A stretch of DNA of 64,000 nucleotides from a virus: the IMG/VR virus record IMGVR_UViG_3300021962_007571, positions 19,526 to 83,525 of that record; one strand, given 5' to 3'. This document shows, in pieces, positions 31,321-41,774 of this stretch. The notes beneath the pieces are model-generated. The model had not been told where the DNA came from and searched no databases. It worked only from the letters and a program-made list of their open reading frames with translations. The translations under genes and the position numbers were made by a program. The number at the start of each line of letters is the position of its first letter. Positions within the stretch are counted from its first letter, which is position 1.

Positions 31321-32075
31321 TGCTAAGCGAAGACACATTGTTAAGTGCGTCTACGGAAAATATTGATTCAAAAAAAAGAGGTAGGAAACAAAAACAAGCA
31401 AATTATTTTGATGTACAAGAAGAAGCTGCGGTTAGAATGTTTTTATTAGAACCATCTTGGGAAGAAAGAAACAAAATCTATAATCAATATTTACGAGACC
31501 CTTTGGATAAAATGATATCGTCTATTATTAGACGATATAAATTATACAGAAAAGATATGGATTTTAAAGAAATCCATACTGATACTCATTCTTTTTTGAT
31601 GACTAAAATTGAAAAATTTAAACCGTCAAAAGAAAAGAAAGCATACTCTTACTTTGGTACTATTTGTAAGAACTATTTAATGGGTCAAATTATTAAAGAC
31701 CAAAAAGAGTTAAATAGAAAAATATCTTATGAAGATATATCAACATCAATCGAGGAAAATGTAAAATATTCATACTCTCTTGAAAATGATTATATTGAAG
31801 CAACTACAATTATTGAGAAATTCATAGATGAACTAAGATTGTACATTGATACCGAATCTCTGTCGGACAATGAAAAAAAATTAGGATATGCTTTAATGGA
31901 ACTCTTTGAAAATTATGAAACAATTTTTATGGGGGCCGACAACAATAAATTTAATAAGAATGTAATTTTACTATCGTTAAGAGAAATGACTAATCTATCT
32001 ACTAAAGAGATTAGAAATTCAATGAAGAAGTATAAAAAACTATACGGTAGTATCTTAGGAAATATTTTAAAATAA
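31320..32075 (+). CDS. Phage sigma-like factor (gp55-like late sigma candidate)
   Basis: Sigma region-2-like KFKPSK.KKAYSYFGTICKNYL. Confidence 0.65.
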   Translation: MLSEDTLLSASTENIDSKKRGRKQKQANYFDVQEEAAVRMFLLEPSWEERNKIYNQYLRDPLDKMISSIIRRYKLYRKDMDFKEIHTDTHSFLMTKIEKFKPSKEKKAYSYFGTICKNYLMGQIIKDQKELNRKISYEDISTSIEENVKYSYSLENDYIEATTIIEKFIDELRLYIDTESLSDNEKKLGYALMELFENYETIFMGADNNKFNKNVILLSLREMTNLSTKEIRNSMKKYKKLYGSILGNILK

Positions 32076-32095
32076 ACACTGAAGTATTTATAGAT

Positions 32096-32464
32096 ATGAG
32101 TAGACCTAAGAAAAAAGAAGTAAAATTTACTAAAGATTCTGTATTGTCAATTTTACAGGAAGTATACAATGAGATTGTTGAGCAGAGAAATACTGCTTTA
32201 AGAATCCAAAATAAAATGTTGGCGATGATGAAGGAACCTGAAGATATGACCCTTATTGGACCTGTTATCGAAAAACAACAAAAAATAATCAACGACTGTG
32301 TTGAGAAAAAATTAACTTTATCTAAACTACAATCATCTATTTGGGAAAAAAGTCAAAACGAAAAATCCGATTTTACTATCGATGATTTAAGTGATGATTT
32401 AATGGAAAGTTTAATAAATAAAGACGTTGAGAGGTCTGACGACTCTTATAAATTAGGTAAATAA
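32096..32464 (+). CDS. Hypothetical coiled-coil protein
   Basis: ORF with TATTTAT 4 nt upstream. Confidence 0.55.
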   Translation: MSRPKKKEVKFTKDSVLSILQEVYNEIVEQRNTALRIQNKMLAMMKEPEDMTLIGPVIEKQQKIINDCVEKKLTLSKLQSSIWEKSQNEKSDFTIDDLSDDLMESLINKDVERSDDSYKLGK

Positions 32465-32465
32465 T

Positions 32466-34358
32466 ATGGGAGAAGCATCTGTAGATTTAAATAGTGCTTA
32501 CGGTTCAGTTGAGCAAAAAATGAAGGCGAATAGAACCTATCTCGAAGTAAAACAGGATGCCCAAAAAATTAAAAAAGACCTAAAAGACAATTTAGAAAAA
32601 AATAAGGAGTCCGTCACTACTACAGTTGAGAAACTGAAAGAACAGAAAAAAAGATATCAGAGACAAGTTAAGACTCAGATGGACCAAATGTTAAGTATGG
32701 TTCAATTCAATAAAGGTTCAGGTAGCTCAACAATGAGATACATTAAAACAAAGTTTATTGAAGCGGCCGTTAGAATTGGACCGAAAATCTCTGATATGTT
32801 AGAGAAAGAAAGTATTAAAAGTTTAGGTTGTTCTCAACAACAAGCTTTTACCGCAACAACAGTATATATCAAAGTTAAAAGTACTGATTTACAGAATCTA
32901 TTAAAAAGAGACCCAAACGAAGATAGTGCGGCGGTTGCTTATGAAAAAACACCACCTGTTTTAGGAACTAAACCATATAGTATGAATAGAGAAATGTGGG
33001 ATAGACTACAAAATCTAAACGTGCCATCCCAATATAATGGAGGTTCAGGTCAAAAGTTATTTGATATAACTTATGTACAACAAGATAATAATAGTATCAC
33101 AGGTGATTTCTATAAAATAGATTTAGTTAACAAACCTACAGGTAACACTGTTGGTAGTTTTTTAAGTGACTATTACAAAGCAATTAATTTAGTAGATAAC
33201 AATAATTTATTTGCACAACTAATGGACCAAATTAGTGGTGCGGTTTCATTTGACGCTAAATTAGGTTATGGGGAGTTAGATGAAAAAAATAAATTCATAC
33301 TATTATTACAAAGAATTTTAGGACTTTGTTTTGATAATAGAAAAGAAATTGATGTTAGTGGTAATGCCAAAGTTGCGGAATTAGATGGTGTTGACGAAAG
33401 TTTTTTTGAGTTTACAGATATTGATTTAAGATATTTGGATGATTTAATATCTAACATACAGAATGGTGTTGTTGAATTTGAAGATTGTGAAAATGTAAAA
33501 TTTCCTGTAAACACTGCCGCGGTTATGGATAGTTTACTTAAATTTAATGATTTAACAAAGATTGAGGATATTGAAAAACAGGCAATGAGTTTGACTGACA
33601 CTTTGATTGATGATGATAGATGGAAACTACCTAACTCTTTCGATATTAACTTATCAGTTGATTTAAGTTTTTTAACTAACCTACCTAAAGCAATTATGAT
33701 GGCGTTATTATCACCCAAGATAATTTTACCATTATTAATTATGTCAAAAGCAATCTCACAAAGTATTGCAGACACCATAGAAAGTTTAGGTGATTTTATA
33801 AGAGCCTTTAAAAAGTATGTAATTAATGTTATGTCTAAAATTGGGGGATTATTTGTTGAAACTCTTTTTGATATTATCAAAGAAGATATTAAAACATTAA
33901 TTGGACAGATAATTTCAGATATTGCAAAAGAAAAAATATTAAAAAAATACGCAATAATCTTAAAATTAGTTGAGTTAATTTTAATTATTGCCAGATTTAT
34001 AGAAGATTGGAGGAAATGTAAAAGTGTTGTTGATGAGATTTTAGCATTACTGAACTTAAGTGGTATTGGAAATGCAATTCCTTCATTCCTATTATCCGCT
34101 TCAGAATTATTAGACGGATTTTCAAATACAAGAGCGTCAATTAATGTTATTGAGGAGTTACAAAAAATAGGAATTCCAACGGGACCTATGCCTGATGGTA
34201 GTCCAAATTTATATTTACAAGCTAAAGTTGCGGAAATTAAAGGGGTTGAAAAAGAAAGAACTGAAAATGGTAAGGTACAAGTTTTTGTTAAACCATTACC
34301 TGTGAGTCCTGCTGGGGTAACACTACCCGCAGGTAATATATTTGGTAAAGCATTTTAA
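32466..34358 (+). CDS. Large hypothetical protein, probably virion/baseplate
   Basis: 630 aa, immediately upstream of the spike-like gene. Confidence 0.55.
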   Translation: MGEASVDLNSAYGSVEQKMKANRTYLEVKQDAQKIKKDLKDNLEKNKESVTTTVEKLKEQKKRYQRQVKTQMDQMLSMVQFNKGSGSSTMRYIKTKFIEAAVRIGPKISDMLEKESIKSLGCSQQQAFTATTVYIKVKSTDLQNLLKRDPNEDSAAVAYEKTPPVLGTKPYSMNREMWDRLQNLNVPSQYNGGSGQKLFDITYVQQDNNSITGDFYKIDLVNKPTGNTVGSFLSDYYKAINLVDNNNLFAQLMDQISGAVSFDAKLGYGELDEKNKFILLLQRILGLCFDNRKEIDVSGNAKVAELDGVDESFFEFTDIDLRYLDDLISNIQNGVVEFEDCENVKFPVNTAAVMDSLLKFNDLTKIEDIEKQAMSLTDTLIDDDRWKLPNSFDINLSVDLSFLTNLPKAIMMALLSPKIILPLLIMSKAISQSIADTIESLGDFIRAFKKYVINVMSKIGGLFVETLFDIIKEDIKTLIGQIISDIAKEKILKKYAIILKLVELILIIARFIEDWRKCKSVVDEILALLNLSGIGNAIPSFLLSASELLDGFSNTRASINVIEELQKIGIPTGPMPDGSPNLYLQAKVAEIKGVEKERTENGKVQVFVKPLPVSPAGVTLPAGNIFGKAF

Positions 34359-34359
34359 T

Positions 34360-34557
34360 ATGGATGAAAGAGAAAAAGTTAACAATATAATTAAGAATTT
34401 AAACGAAAGTTCAAATTCAGAATTGGCATACGCTTTAGATTTCCTAAATTCAGATTTTGAACAAACTAAAACCGCAATTATTAAATTAACAAAACATATT
34501 GATACTGTTGAGTTAGTGTATAATAAAGTTTTAAAAGAATTAGAGAGTAGAAAATAA
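34360..34557 (+). CDS. Small hypothetical protein (likely start MDERE)
   Basis: ATG directly after the upstream stop; TAATG coupling to the next gene. Confidence 0.5.
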   Translation: MDEREKVNNIIKNLNESSNSELAYALDFLNSDFEQTKTAIIKLTKHIDTVELVYNKVLKELESRK

Positions 34558-36143
34558 TGACAAGTAATTACGAAAATAAAAGGTTATGGACAGGTCACGT
34601 TATTGATAATAATGACCCCCTTATGGTTAATAGGGTTAGGGTTCAATTTGACACTAGTAACAATGAGGCAATTTTAAAAGGTGTACCTGAATATATTGAC
34701 AATAAAAAAACAATCGCTGATGATGGAAAAGATTTAAATCCTGAATTTAAATGGACTTCTATTGACCCGTTTGTTTTCTTACCATTAATACCTTTATTTG
34801 TTAAAGTTACTCCAAAGATAAAAGAATCTGTTAATTTAATATATCCTAACGTAGAAACTAACTATACGGAACAATATTACGTTCAAGGGACTTTAACATC
34901 ACCATTAACTTTATATAAAGAAGATTATGAATCATCTAGAAGGTTTGCAACTAGAGATAGATTAAAACAACCTAGAAATCTTCAAAACGTTCCTGGTGTT
35001 AATAGAAATAACAGAACAAAATCTATACAAAAAAGATATACTCACCCACCAACTGAAGGTGCGTTTATGGAGGCCGAAGATGTTGGTCTACAAGGTAGGG
35101 GTACTTGCGATTTAATCATTAAAGATAATGATATAATTTTAAGAGCTGGTAAGACTACCACAATACCTAAAAATGCAAATACTAATGTTGACGTTAAATC
35201 AACAAGAAGTTTTATACAACTTTCAGATTTTAATTTCAGAATTAATGATTTGGGGACTTCTGAGACTGCAAGATTAGAACAAGATGTTTTATTTGTTAAG
35301 TCTTTAGTAGAATGGAATATTGTTAATCCCGATAATGCTGCAAATCCAAATCAATTTATTTTGGATGTTTATTTATACAACCTACCGCAAAAAACAGGTT
35401 ATACTACAAATAAGATATACAGAGATACACCTATTGACGCTGCTGACAAGAGCTTAGTTTATTATGTACAATACACTAATCAAACAATGCAAAATGTAAT
35501 TGATGTCATTAATAACTTTATTACCCAATGTAATGATGGTGTTATTAATTTACCTCCAAACGAAATAAAAGAAATTAGTAATCAATTCCCACTGTTTTTT
35601 AGACCATCTCCATTAACATTAAAATGTTTAACAAGTGATAATGGTTCTCAACAATATAAAAACATTTCTGAAATTAATTCTAAAATTAAATTTAAATCAA
35701 TCAAACAAGGTGACGGTTTAATTTTCTATAAAAATAAAACAGGACAACAATCAACTGTTAGAAAGGAAACTATTAAAAATTACGACACCGAGGGAACTTC
35801 AACAACGTATAACATATTAGGTGCGGATAAATTACTAATACTTTCACACGAATCTAAAATACCAAGTAAGGGTAAAATAATTTTAGATAGTACTACTATG
35901 AGAGGTATGGACCAAAAATTTTTGGTTGAGAAGGTTTTACCAAATACAGACCCTGTAGTTAGAGGTGAAGAACTTATGAAGTTTTTAAACTTAGTTGTTA
36001 AATTTTTAGTGGCTCACGTTCACCCATTTCCAGGTGTACCTCCAGTACCTGTGGCTACTGATGGTACTCAAGCAATTAAAATTCTTACCGAGATGCAAAA
36101 CGCATCTAACACTATTCTTAATCAGAATATCAGAATTAACTAA
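34557..36143 (+). CDS. Baseplate hub/central spike protein (gp5/gpV-like)
   Basis: N-terminal OB-fold motif V.DNNDP...NRVRV...LP......PK..E.V; C-terminal metal-binding HVH. Confidence 0.65.
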   Translation: MTSNYENKRLWTGHVIDNNDPLMVNRVRVQFDTSNNEAILKGVPEYIDNKKTIADDGKDLNPEFKWTSIDPFVFLPLIPLFVKVTPKIKESVNLIYPNVETNYTEQYYVQGTLTSPLTLYKEDYESSRRFATRDRLKQPRNLQNVPGVNRNNRTKSIQKRYTHPPTEGAFMEAEDVGLQGRGTCDLIIKDNDIILRAGKTTTIPKNANTNVDVKSTRSFIQLSDFNFRINDLGTSETARLEQDVLFVKSLVEWNIVNPDNAANPNQFILDVYLYNLPQKTGYTTNKIYRDTPIDAADKSLVYYVQYTNQTMQNVIDVINNFITQCNDGVINLPPNEIKEISNQFPLFFRPSPLTLKCLTSDNGSQQYKNISEINSKIKFKSIKQGDGLIFYKNKTGQQSTVRKETIKNYDTEGTSTTYNILGADKLLILSHESKIPSKGKIILDSTTMRGMDQKFLVEKVLPNTDPVVRGEELMKFLNLVVKFLVAHVHPFPGVPPVPVATDGTQAIKILTEMQNASNTILNQNIRIN

Positions 36144-36173
36144 TTCTTTGATATTTATTAGTAAAAAGAATAA

Positions 36174-37712
36174 ATGTCAACTCACAGGTCATATTTTAGC
36201 AAAAACAATACGATTATTAGTGATTCACTATCTAATACGGGTAGAAATCCTATAACTGATTTATATTTTGGGTCTGCGGTGGATACTATCGCCCCAAATG
36301 GATATACTAGATTTATATTTGATTTAGATTTATCACAACTATTTGAAAAAATCTTAAACGGAACAATTACTACCGAATGTGTTAATAATATGACACATAC
36401 TTTAACTATGACTAACACAATTCGTTTTGACGAAGATTTGTTAAATAGTTATAATTCAGACCAAAGAAGAAGAGCAAGTTCTTTTGATTTACTTCTATTT
36501 AGAATTCCTGAGACTTGTTCACCTACAACAGGTACTACAACAACAACTACACAATCTTGTAATCCATTACCACAAACTTGGGATGAGGGTGTTGGTTATG
36601 ATTATAATAACACTAGAAAAGCCGTTAATACAAGTATTGGGACATCAGTTAGTAGTGCTCCATTAATTGACAATGAATATTCGACAAGACCATCTAATTG
36701 GTTCCAAACCGATAATTTAAATTTATGGTCTGAACCTGGTATGTATTCAAATACCAATACATCACCATTTGTTAATTATAATGATTTACATATTGTTGAT
36801 ATTCAACATTTTGATAAAGGTAATGAAGACATTAATTTTGATATGAGTTCAGAAATTAATGGAATTATTGATGGTACAATTACAGGTGTAACAGGATGGG
36901 GTATAGCGTATAGACCTGATTTTGAATTAATCACGGGATTAACATCTAACTATAGTGTGTCTTTCTTTACAAGACATACCCAAACTTTCTATGAACCTTA
37001 TTTACTAACAACATATGATGATTTAGTTCAAGATGATAGAAATCTGTTTGTAGAAAAAACGATAAATAAACTTTATTTATTTGCTTACGTTGATGGGGAT
37101 TTAGTTAATTTAGATTCTAATCCATCGGTTTCAATCTTAGACCCTAATGGTGACCCTATTCCGTCATTGACTAATCTACCTACCTGCCCAAGAACAAAAG
37201 GTGTGTACGAAGTTGTAATACCTCCTATGAGTGGTTATAACACTCCTTGTCAATTCACAGATGTATGGTCTAATGTAGTTTATAACGGTGTGACATTACC
37301 TAATGTAGAAAACGAATTTACTCTACAGACATATAAAAATAGAATGATAATAGGTCCACAATCTAAAGAACCTGAAGTATTTGGTTTTGATTTTTATGGT
37401 ATTAAACAAGATGAGAAAATATTAAATACCGAATCAAGAAAAGTTGGTGTGTCAATTAAGAAGGCATACACAACAAAACACTTACTTCAAAATGTAGATG
37501 CTTATTATCGAGTTTATGTAAGAGAAGGAAATACAGAAGTCCAAGTTCAAGACTGGACTAAAATTAATAGAACTCCTAATGAATATTATTTTATTTTTGA
37601 CACTGTCGATAAAATACCTAATGAATATTATATTGATATAAAAGTTAATACTAGTGGAGAAACTGACGTTTATAAAAGAACAATTAAATTTATGATAGTC
37701 AACAAAAAATAA
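36174..37712 (+). CDS. Virion structural protein with Ig-like C-terminus and a short Thr run
   Basis: WDEGVGYDY, FFTRHT; TTGTTTTTT; late motif upstream. Confidence 0.6.
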   Translation: MSTHRSYFSKNNTIISDSLSNTGRNPITDLYFGSAVDTIAPNGYTRFIFDLDLSQLFEKILNGTITTECVNNMTHTLTMTNTIRFDEDLLNSYNSDQRRRASSFDLLLFRIPETCSPTTGTTTTTTQSCNPLPQTWDEGVGYDYNNTRKAVNTSIGTSVSSAPLIDNEYSTRPSNWFQTDNLNLWSEPGMYSNTNTSPFVNYNDLHIVDIQHFDKGNEDINFDMSSEINGIIDGTITGVTGWGIAYRPDFELITGLTSNYSVSFFTRHTQTFYEPYLLTTYDDLVQDDRNLFVEKTINKLYLFAYVDGDLVNLDSNPSVSILDPNGDPIPSLTNLPTCPRTKGVYEVVIPPMSGYNTPCQFTDVWSNVVYNGVTLPNVENEFTLQTYKNRMIIGPQSKEPEVFGFDFYGIKQDEKILNTESRKVGVSIKKAYTTKHLLQNVDAYYRVYVREGNTEVQVQDWTKINRTPNEYYFIFDTVDKIPNEYYIDIKVNTSGETDVYKRTIKFMIVNKK

Positions 37713-37745
37713 ACATAAAAAAAGAAATATTTATAAATAAAAATT

Positions 37746-37922
37746 ATGTCAATATCAGCAGGAACTTACGATTACACAGTTTGTACTATATGTAGTAGTG
37801 GAGATACTGAAACTGCAATCTCAGTTGAGGTACCTCATCCATCATATACTAATGATAAAGGTGAAACTGTAATACAAACTCAAATGGTAACATTAGGAGG
37901 ATTAAACGGATTAAATAACTAA
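37746..37922 (+). CDS. Unannotated 58-aa protein, paralogue of the C-terminus of the next gene
   Basis: MSISAGTYDYTVCTICSSGDTETAISVEVPHPSYTNDKGETVIQTQMVTLGGLNGLNN; many synonymous differences from 38381-38554; late motif upstream. Confidence 0.8.
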   Translation: MSISAGTYDYTVCTICSSGDTETAISVEVPHPSYTNDKGETVIQTQMVTLGGLNGLNN

Positions 37923-37930
37923 AAAATAAA

Positions 37931-38554
37931 ATGCCAAATTATAATATAAATCAATGCTTAACTAATACTCAGTATGTTGTTTCTGCGAGTACATTAACTC
38001 TTGGAGAAACTATAGGGTTTTTTATTGGAGAAGAACCGTTATGTGGAGTAGTTGGGGATGTAACAAGTAATTCCCCAACCCCACTTTCTTTTTATAATGG
38101 AGATACTTTTTCAGATTGTTGTGAATGCTTGAGTGCAGTAACAGATTCTTTAAATTTTAGATTTATATCTTGTGATACTTCTAGAGAAATTGATATAGAG
38201 GCAACTAATTTTTGTCGTGAATATGGAATACCGTTAACAGGTAAGTTTTATGAAATACAATACGGGTCTGAATCACCATTTTGTGCAGTATTTACCGAAT
38301 TAACTCCGACAGGTCAAACTAACTATTTTTACGTTGGCGGTCCTTTTAATGATTGTAAAAATTGCCAAACTGAAATACCGACAATATCCGCAGGAACTTA
38401 CGACTACACTGTTTGTGTGATATGTGACGATGGAAGTACTGAAACCGCAGTTACAGTTGAGGTACCTCATCCATCATATACTAACGGTTATGGTCAAACT
38501 GTAATACAAACTCAAATGGTAACATTAGGAGGGTTTAATGGATTAAACAGTTAA
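37931..38554 (+). CDS. Cys-rich virion-like protein with the duplicated C-terminal module
   Basis: DCCEC, DCKNC, CVIC motifs. Confidence 0.65.
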   Translation: MPNYNINQCLTNTQYVVSASTLTLGETIGFFIGEEPLCGVVGDVTSNSPTPLSFYNGDTFSDCCECLSAVTDSLNFRFISCDTSREIDIEATNFCREYGIPLTGKFYEIQYGSESPFCAVFTELTPTGQTNYFYVGGPFNDCKNCQTEIPTISAGTYDYTVCVICDDGSTETAVTVEVPHPSYTNGYGQTVIQTQMVTLGGFNGLNS

Positions 38555-38574
38555 AATAAAATACAAAATATAAA

Positions 38575-39066
38575 ATGAAAAAAGTTTTTAAATTAAAAGA
38601 GTCTGAATTAATAAAGATAATTGAGAAGGTTGTTAAAGAACAAACTGATGAAAGGTATATGTTCTTTAGTAACTTAGAACAAATTCAAAGACAAATGGGT
38701 TTGTTGTTAGATTTAAACCACGACCAAGTTAGTGAAATTTTAGAAAATGGTCACGATTGGGCTCAAGACCATATTGCCACCGCAAAAGAATCTATTGACC
38801 AAGTATTTGATTTCTTAATGAATGAAACTAAGAGTTTCCATAAAATGGGAGATGAATTAGGTACCGCACCAAAAGAAGACCAATTGGTTATGGGTGAAGG
38901 TAAGAAAAAAGCAGGTACTAAATTATGTAGTAGAGGTAAATCAGCCGCTAAATCTAAATTTAAAGTTTATCCTTCGGCTTATGCTAACGGATATGCGGTA
39001 CAAGTCTGTAAAGGAAGTATGCCAGGATTAGATGGTAAAAAACGATGTTCACCACCTTATTGTTAA
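38575..39066 (+). CDS. Hypothetical protein with an LKESEL leader and a basic Cys-containing PSAYANG domain
   Basis: KLKESELIKIIEKVVKEQ; KFKVYPSAYANG. Confidence 0.6.
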   Translation: MKKVFKLKESELIKIIEKVVKEQTDERYMFFSNLEQIQRQMGLLLDLNHDQVSEILENGHDWAQDHIATAKESIDQVFDFLMNETKSFHKMGDELGTAPKEDQLVMGEGKKKAGTKLCSRGKSAAKSKFKVYPSAYANGYAVQVCKGSMPGLDGKKRCSPPYC

Positions 39067-39072
39067 TAAAAT

Positions 39073-39100
39073 AAAAAACCCTCATTACTGAGGGTTTTTT
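39073..39100. terminator. Bidirectional intrinsic terminator
   Basis: AAAAAACCCTCA-ttac-TGAGGGTTTTTT. Confidence 0.85.
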
Positions 39101-39529
39101 TTATTCTTCAATACTTACAACTTCTAAGTCAAAAATCAATTTTTTACCTGCTAAAGGATGATTTCCATCGATTACCACAGTTTCTTCTTTGATTTCAATA
39201 ACCTTAACGTTAATTGGACCCATAGGACCCATACCTTGTAACATTTGGCCTTCTTGAATATCTTCAGGTACTTGATTTCTTGGTATTTCAATAACCATTT
39301 CAGGTCTTGGTTCTCCGTAAGCTTCAGTATGTTCAAGTTCGATTGTTTTAGTTTCTCCTTCGGACATATCAATTAATCCTTTTTCAAAACCAGCAATTAA
39401 TTGACCTTCCCCTAATTTTACCGTTAAAGGTTCTCTACCTTCAACTAATGATGAATCAAACACTGAACCATCTTCCAATTTACCAGTGTAGTTCACACTA
39501 ACGGTATCTCCGTTTTTAATTTTTTTCAT
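39101..39529 (-). CDS. slyD: FKBP-type peptidyl-prolyl isomerase (SlyD/SlpA-like); likely start MKKIK
   Basis: V.YTG.LEDG.VFDSS, LIAGFE, AYG, DGNHPLAGK.L.F. Confidence 0.9.
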   Translation of the reverse strand: MKKIKNGDTVSVNYTGKLEDGSVFDSSLVEGREPLTVKLGEGQLIAGFEKGLIDMSEGETKTIELEHTEAYGEPRPEMVIEIPRNQVPEDIQEGQMLQGMGPMGPINVKVIEIKEETVVIDGNHPLAGKKLIFDLEVVSIEE

Positions 39530-39656
39530 AATATTTGTTTTATATGATAAAATATAGGAAGAAAATATTTCGATATCAATACCTAAAAACAAAAAAAAAC
39601 CTTGTCTAATCTAAAAATTCTATATATATTTGTATAATTAATTAACACACAAGAAA

Positions 39657-40073
39657 ATGTTTTTACTAACTAAAAAAAGTAGAATGAGATTTATGGTCAG
39701 ACTACGTAGATTCTTTAAAAAACTATCGATTAAAATTGATGGTGGTGAATCTAAACTTGACGATATTCAAATTGAATCAATTAATATCGTCAGAAAGATG
39801 ATGATTAAGCCCGATGCTACTTTATTAATTGCCCCAATATCTTCAATATGTTATATTGAGTGGAAACATTATTTTATTAGGTTTGGTGATTCGGCATTAA
39901 CAATTACTAATGGTAAATTTTCATATTACATATGGTTACCATCAAGGTCTATAGAACAACTAAGGGAAAATTTTTACCGCAATGTTGAGCTACGTAGAAA
40001 AAATATGGAAGTTAAATACGATAGGAGAACTTTAGAAAATATGAAATCAATCTCAGACGAGGTTAGAAAATAA
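39657..40073 (+). CDS. Hypothetical protein
   Basis: ORF preceded by TATATTTG (39625-39632). Confidence 0.55.
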   Translation: MFLLTKKSRMRFMVRLRRFFKKLSIKIDGGESKLDDIQIESINIVRKMMIKPDATLLIAPISSICYIEWKHYFIRFGDSALTITNGKFSYYIWLPSRSIEQLRENFYRNVELRRKNMEVKYDRRTLENMKSISDEVRK

Positions 40074-41039
40074 TTACTTATTCTTAATCACTTCAGTTAT
40101 AACATCTTTTAAGAGTCTTGAGAAAGACTCTTTTTTTGTTTTATAACTAACCATTTTAGGTTTATTACCCGTACCTGATTTGTTATGTGTTTTTTCTACC
40201 CTTCTTTTTTGCTGACAAGCTGATTTTTTTTGAGAGTCACTCATTTTACCCGCAACTCCCGCGGCTCTACATTTTGGGTATCCTTTACTTGATGCGTCAG
40301 GTCTGCCACAGGGAGGATGTTTACCATCTTTATCTTTTCTACATATATTAACCCAAGGACCTTTAGGTTGTTTACTACCTTTTGGTTTTTTCTTAGTACC
40401 AAACCAAACCCCTAAATCTTCAACAACTGTATTTTCGGTAATTTCAACCCACTCACTTACAGTATGTACATCGTGAACATCTCGTTCATAACTTCCGTTA
40501 GAATCTTTTTCCCAAACACCAATAACTGTTTTAATATTATTTTTCAATGTTTTCTGCTTACTTTTTTTATTTATTTTATGTTTTGAATGTTCTTTAAATG
40601 GACCCAATTCACTATCAGACCATTTTTTTAAACCTATTTCAATTGGGGCTGAGTAAGGTCCCGAAGTTACTGTAGAACTAATTTCGTTAATTTTTTTGTT
40701 TCTACCAGGTGTCGGATTAATAATATCTCCATCATCGTCATTTTGAATAGGATGATTTTTAGAATAATTAGAACTCTGTTTAGCTTTCTTTTCAATCTTT
40801 TTTATAACCTTTTTAGGTTCGTCCATAGTCCCATCATAACTATCCACCGCCAATAAAGGACTAAAATATTTTGAAACGGGCTCATTAAAAGGGTTTAATT
40901 GACTTTTATCAAATATTTTTTTACCTAATCGTAATGGTGCAATATATGAACCCCTTCCCGCAGAATCTGAGGTAGCCTCATTTATTGGTTTTTTAAAGTA
41001 CCAATTTCTAACATCTTCTTCAAGTCTATCTCTATACAT
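40074..41039 (-). CDS. Basic hypothetical protein with an internal repeat and a C-terminal WF..WV.IC..PCGR..YPKC domain
   Basis: Two INE-starting repeats; Cys motif. Confidence 0.6.
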   Translation of the reverse strand: MYRDRLEEDVRNWYFKKPINEATSDSAGRGSYIAPLRLGKKIFDKSQLNPFNEPVSKYFSPLLAVDSYDGTMDEPKKVIKKIEKKAKQSSNYSKNHPIQNDDDGDIINPTPGRNKKINEISSTVTSGPYSAPIEIGLKKWSDSELGPFKEHSKHKINKKSKQKTLKNNIKTVIGVWEKDSNGSYERDVHDVHTVSEWVEITENTVVEDLGVWFGTKKKPKGSKQPKGPWVNICRKDKDGKHPPCGRPDASSKGYPKCRAAGVAGKMSDSQKKSACQQKRRVEKTHNKSGTGNKPKMVSYKTKKESFSRLLKDVITEVIKNK

Positions 41040-41081
41040 TTATAAAAAAAATTTGTATTATTATCTATAAATATTTGATTT

Positions 41082-41336
41082 ATGGAAAACACTCAAGAAA
41101 ACTTAAAAGAACCTATGGGGTTTCTTTTTGACAGTATAGCATATTACAATATTGAAGACTTGGAAAAGTTTGTAACTGATATGACACCTGACCAAGCTCT
41201 TTACTGTGTCATACAAGCCTCAAAATCGGCTTACTCTAAAAACATTTTTGAATTAGAGGAATCTGAAGTTTTATCTAAAGCAATTAGAAAATTATCAATA
41301 CCTAATGTCATTGAAGATGCACCTGTTGAAGAATAG
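41082..41336 (+). CDS. Hypothetical protein
   Basis: ORF only. Confidence 0.5.
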   Translation: MENTQENLKEPMGFLFDSIAYYNIEDLEKFVTDMTPDQALYCVIQASKSAYSKNIFELEESEVLSKAIRKLSIPNVIEDAPVEE

Positions 41337-41718
41337 AATTAAGATTGCGGTTATTGCCCACGATGGTAAAAAGGCTGATATGGTTTCATTTATTATGAAA
41401 CGATTAGATTTTTTCACCTCTGAAAATGTTGAAGTTATTGCCACAGGTACTACAGGTAAACATTTGATTCACGCAGGGCTAAGTAAAGTCCATACTGTTT
41501 TAAGTGGTCCTATGGGTGGAGATGCTCAAATTGCGTCTATGATTACTGAGGGTAAGATTGATGCCGTAATATTTTTTATAGACCCTTTAGAAGTACACCC
41601 ACACCAAGTAGACGTTAGTATGTTATTAAGAATTTGTAATGTCCACGACATTCCGCTAGCAACTAATTATAAAACAGGTAAGATGGTTATTGATTGTTTG
41701 GAAAGTTTTCCAAAATAA
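41305..41718 (+). CDS. mgsA: Methylglyoxal synthase
   Basis: IA.IAHD.KK, ATGTTG, SGPMGGD.QI, FF.DPL..HPH..DV..L.R.C.V..IP.ATN. Confidence 0.95.
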   Translation: MSLKMHLLKNRIKIAVIAHDGKKADMVSFIMKRLDFFTSENVEVIATGTTGKHLIHAGLSKVHTVLSGPMGGDAQIASMITEGKIDAVIFFIDPLEVHPHQVDVSMLLRICNVHDIPLATNYKTGKMVIDCLESFPK

Positions 41719-41774
41719 ATAATTTTATTTAAAAAAAAAGTTGTATATTTGTATTGTAATTAAACGTAAACAAT

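Noticed and set aside
37746-38554. Diversity-generating retroelement TR/VR pair
   Set aside because: Mismatches are not adenine-specific (many T/C third-position changes) and no reverse transcriptase is in the window
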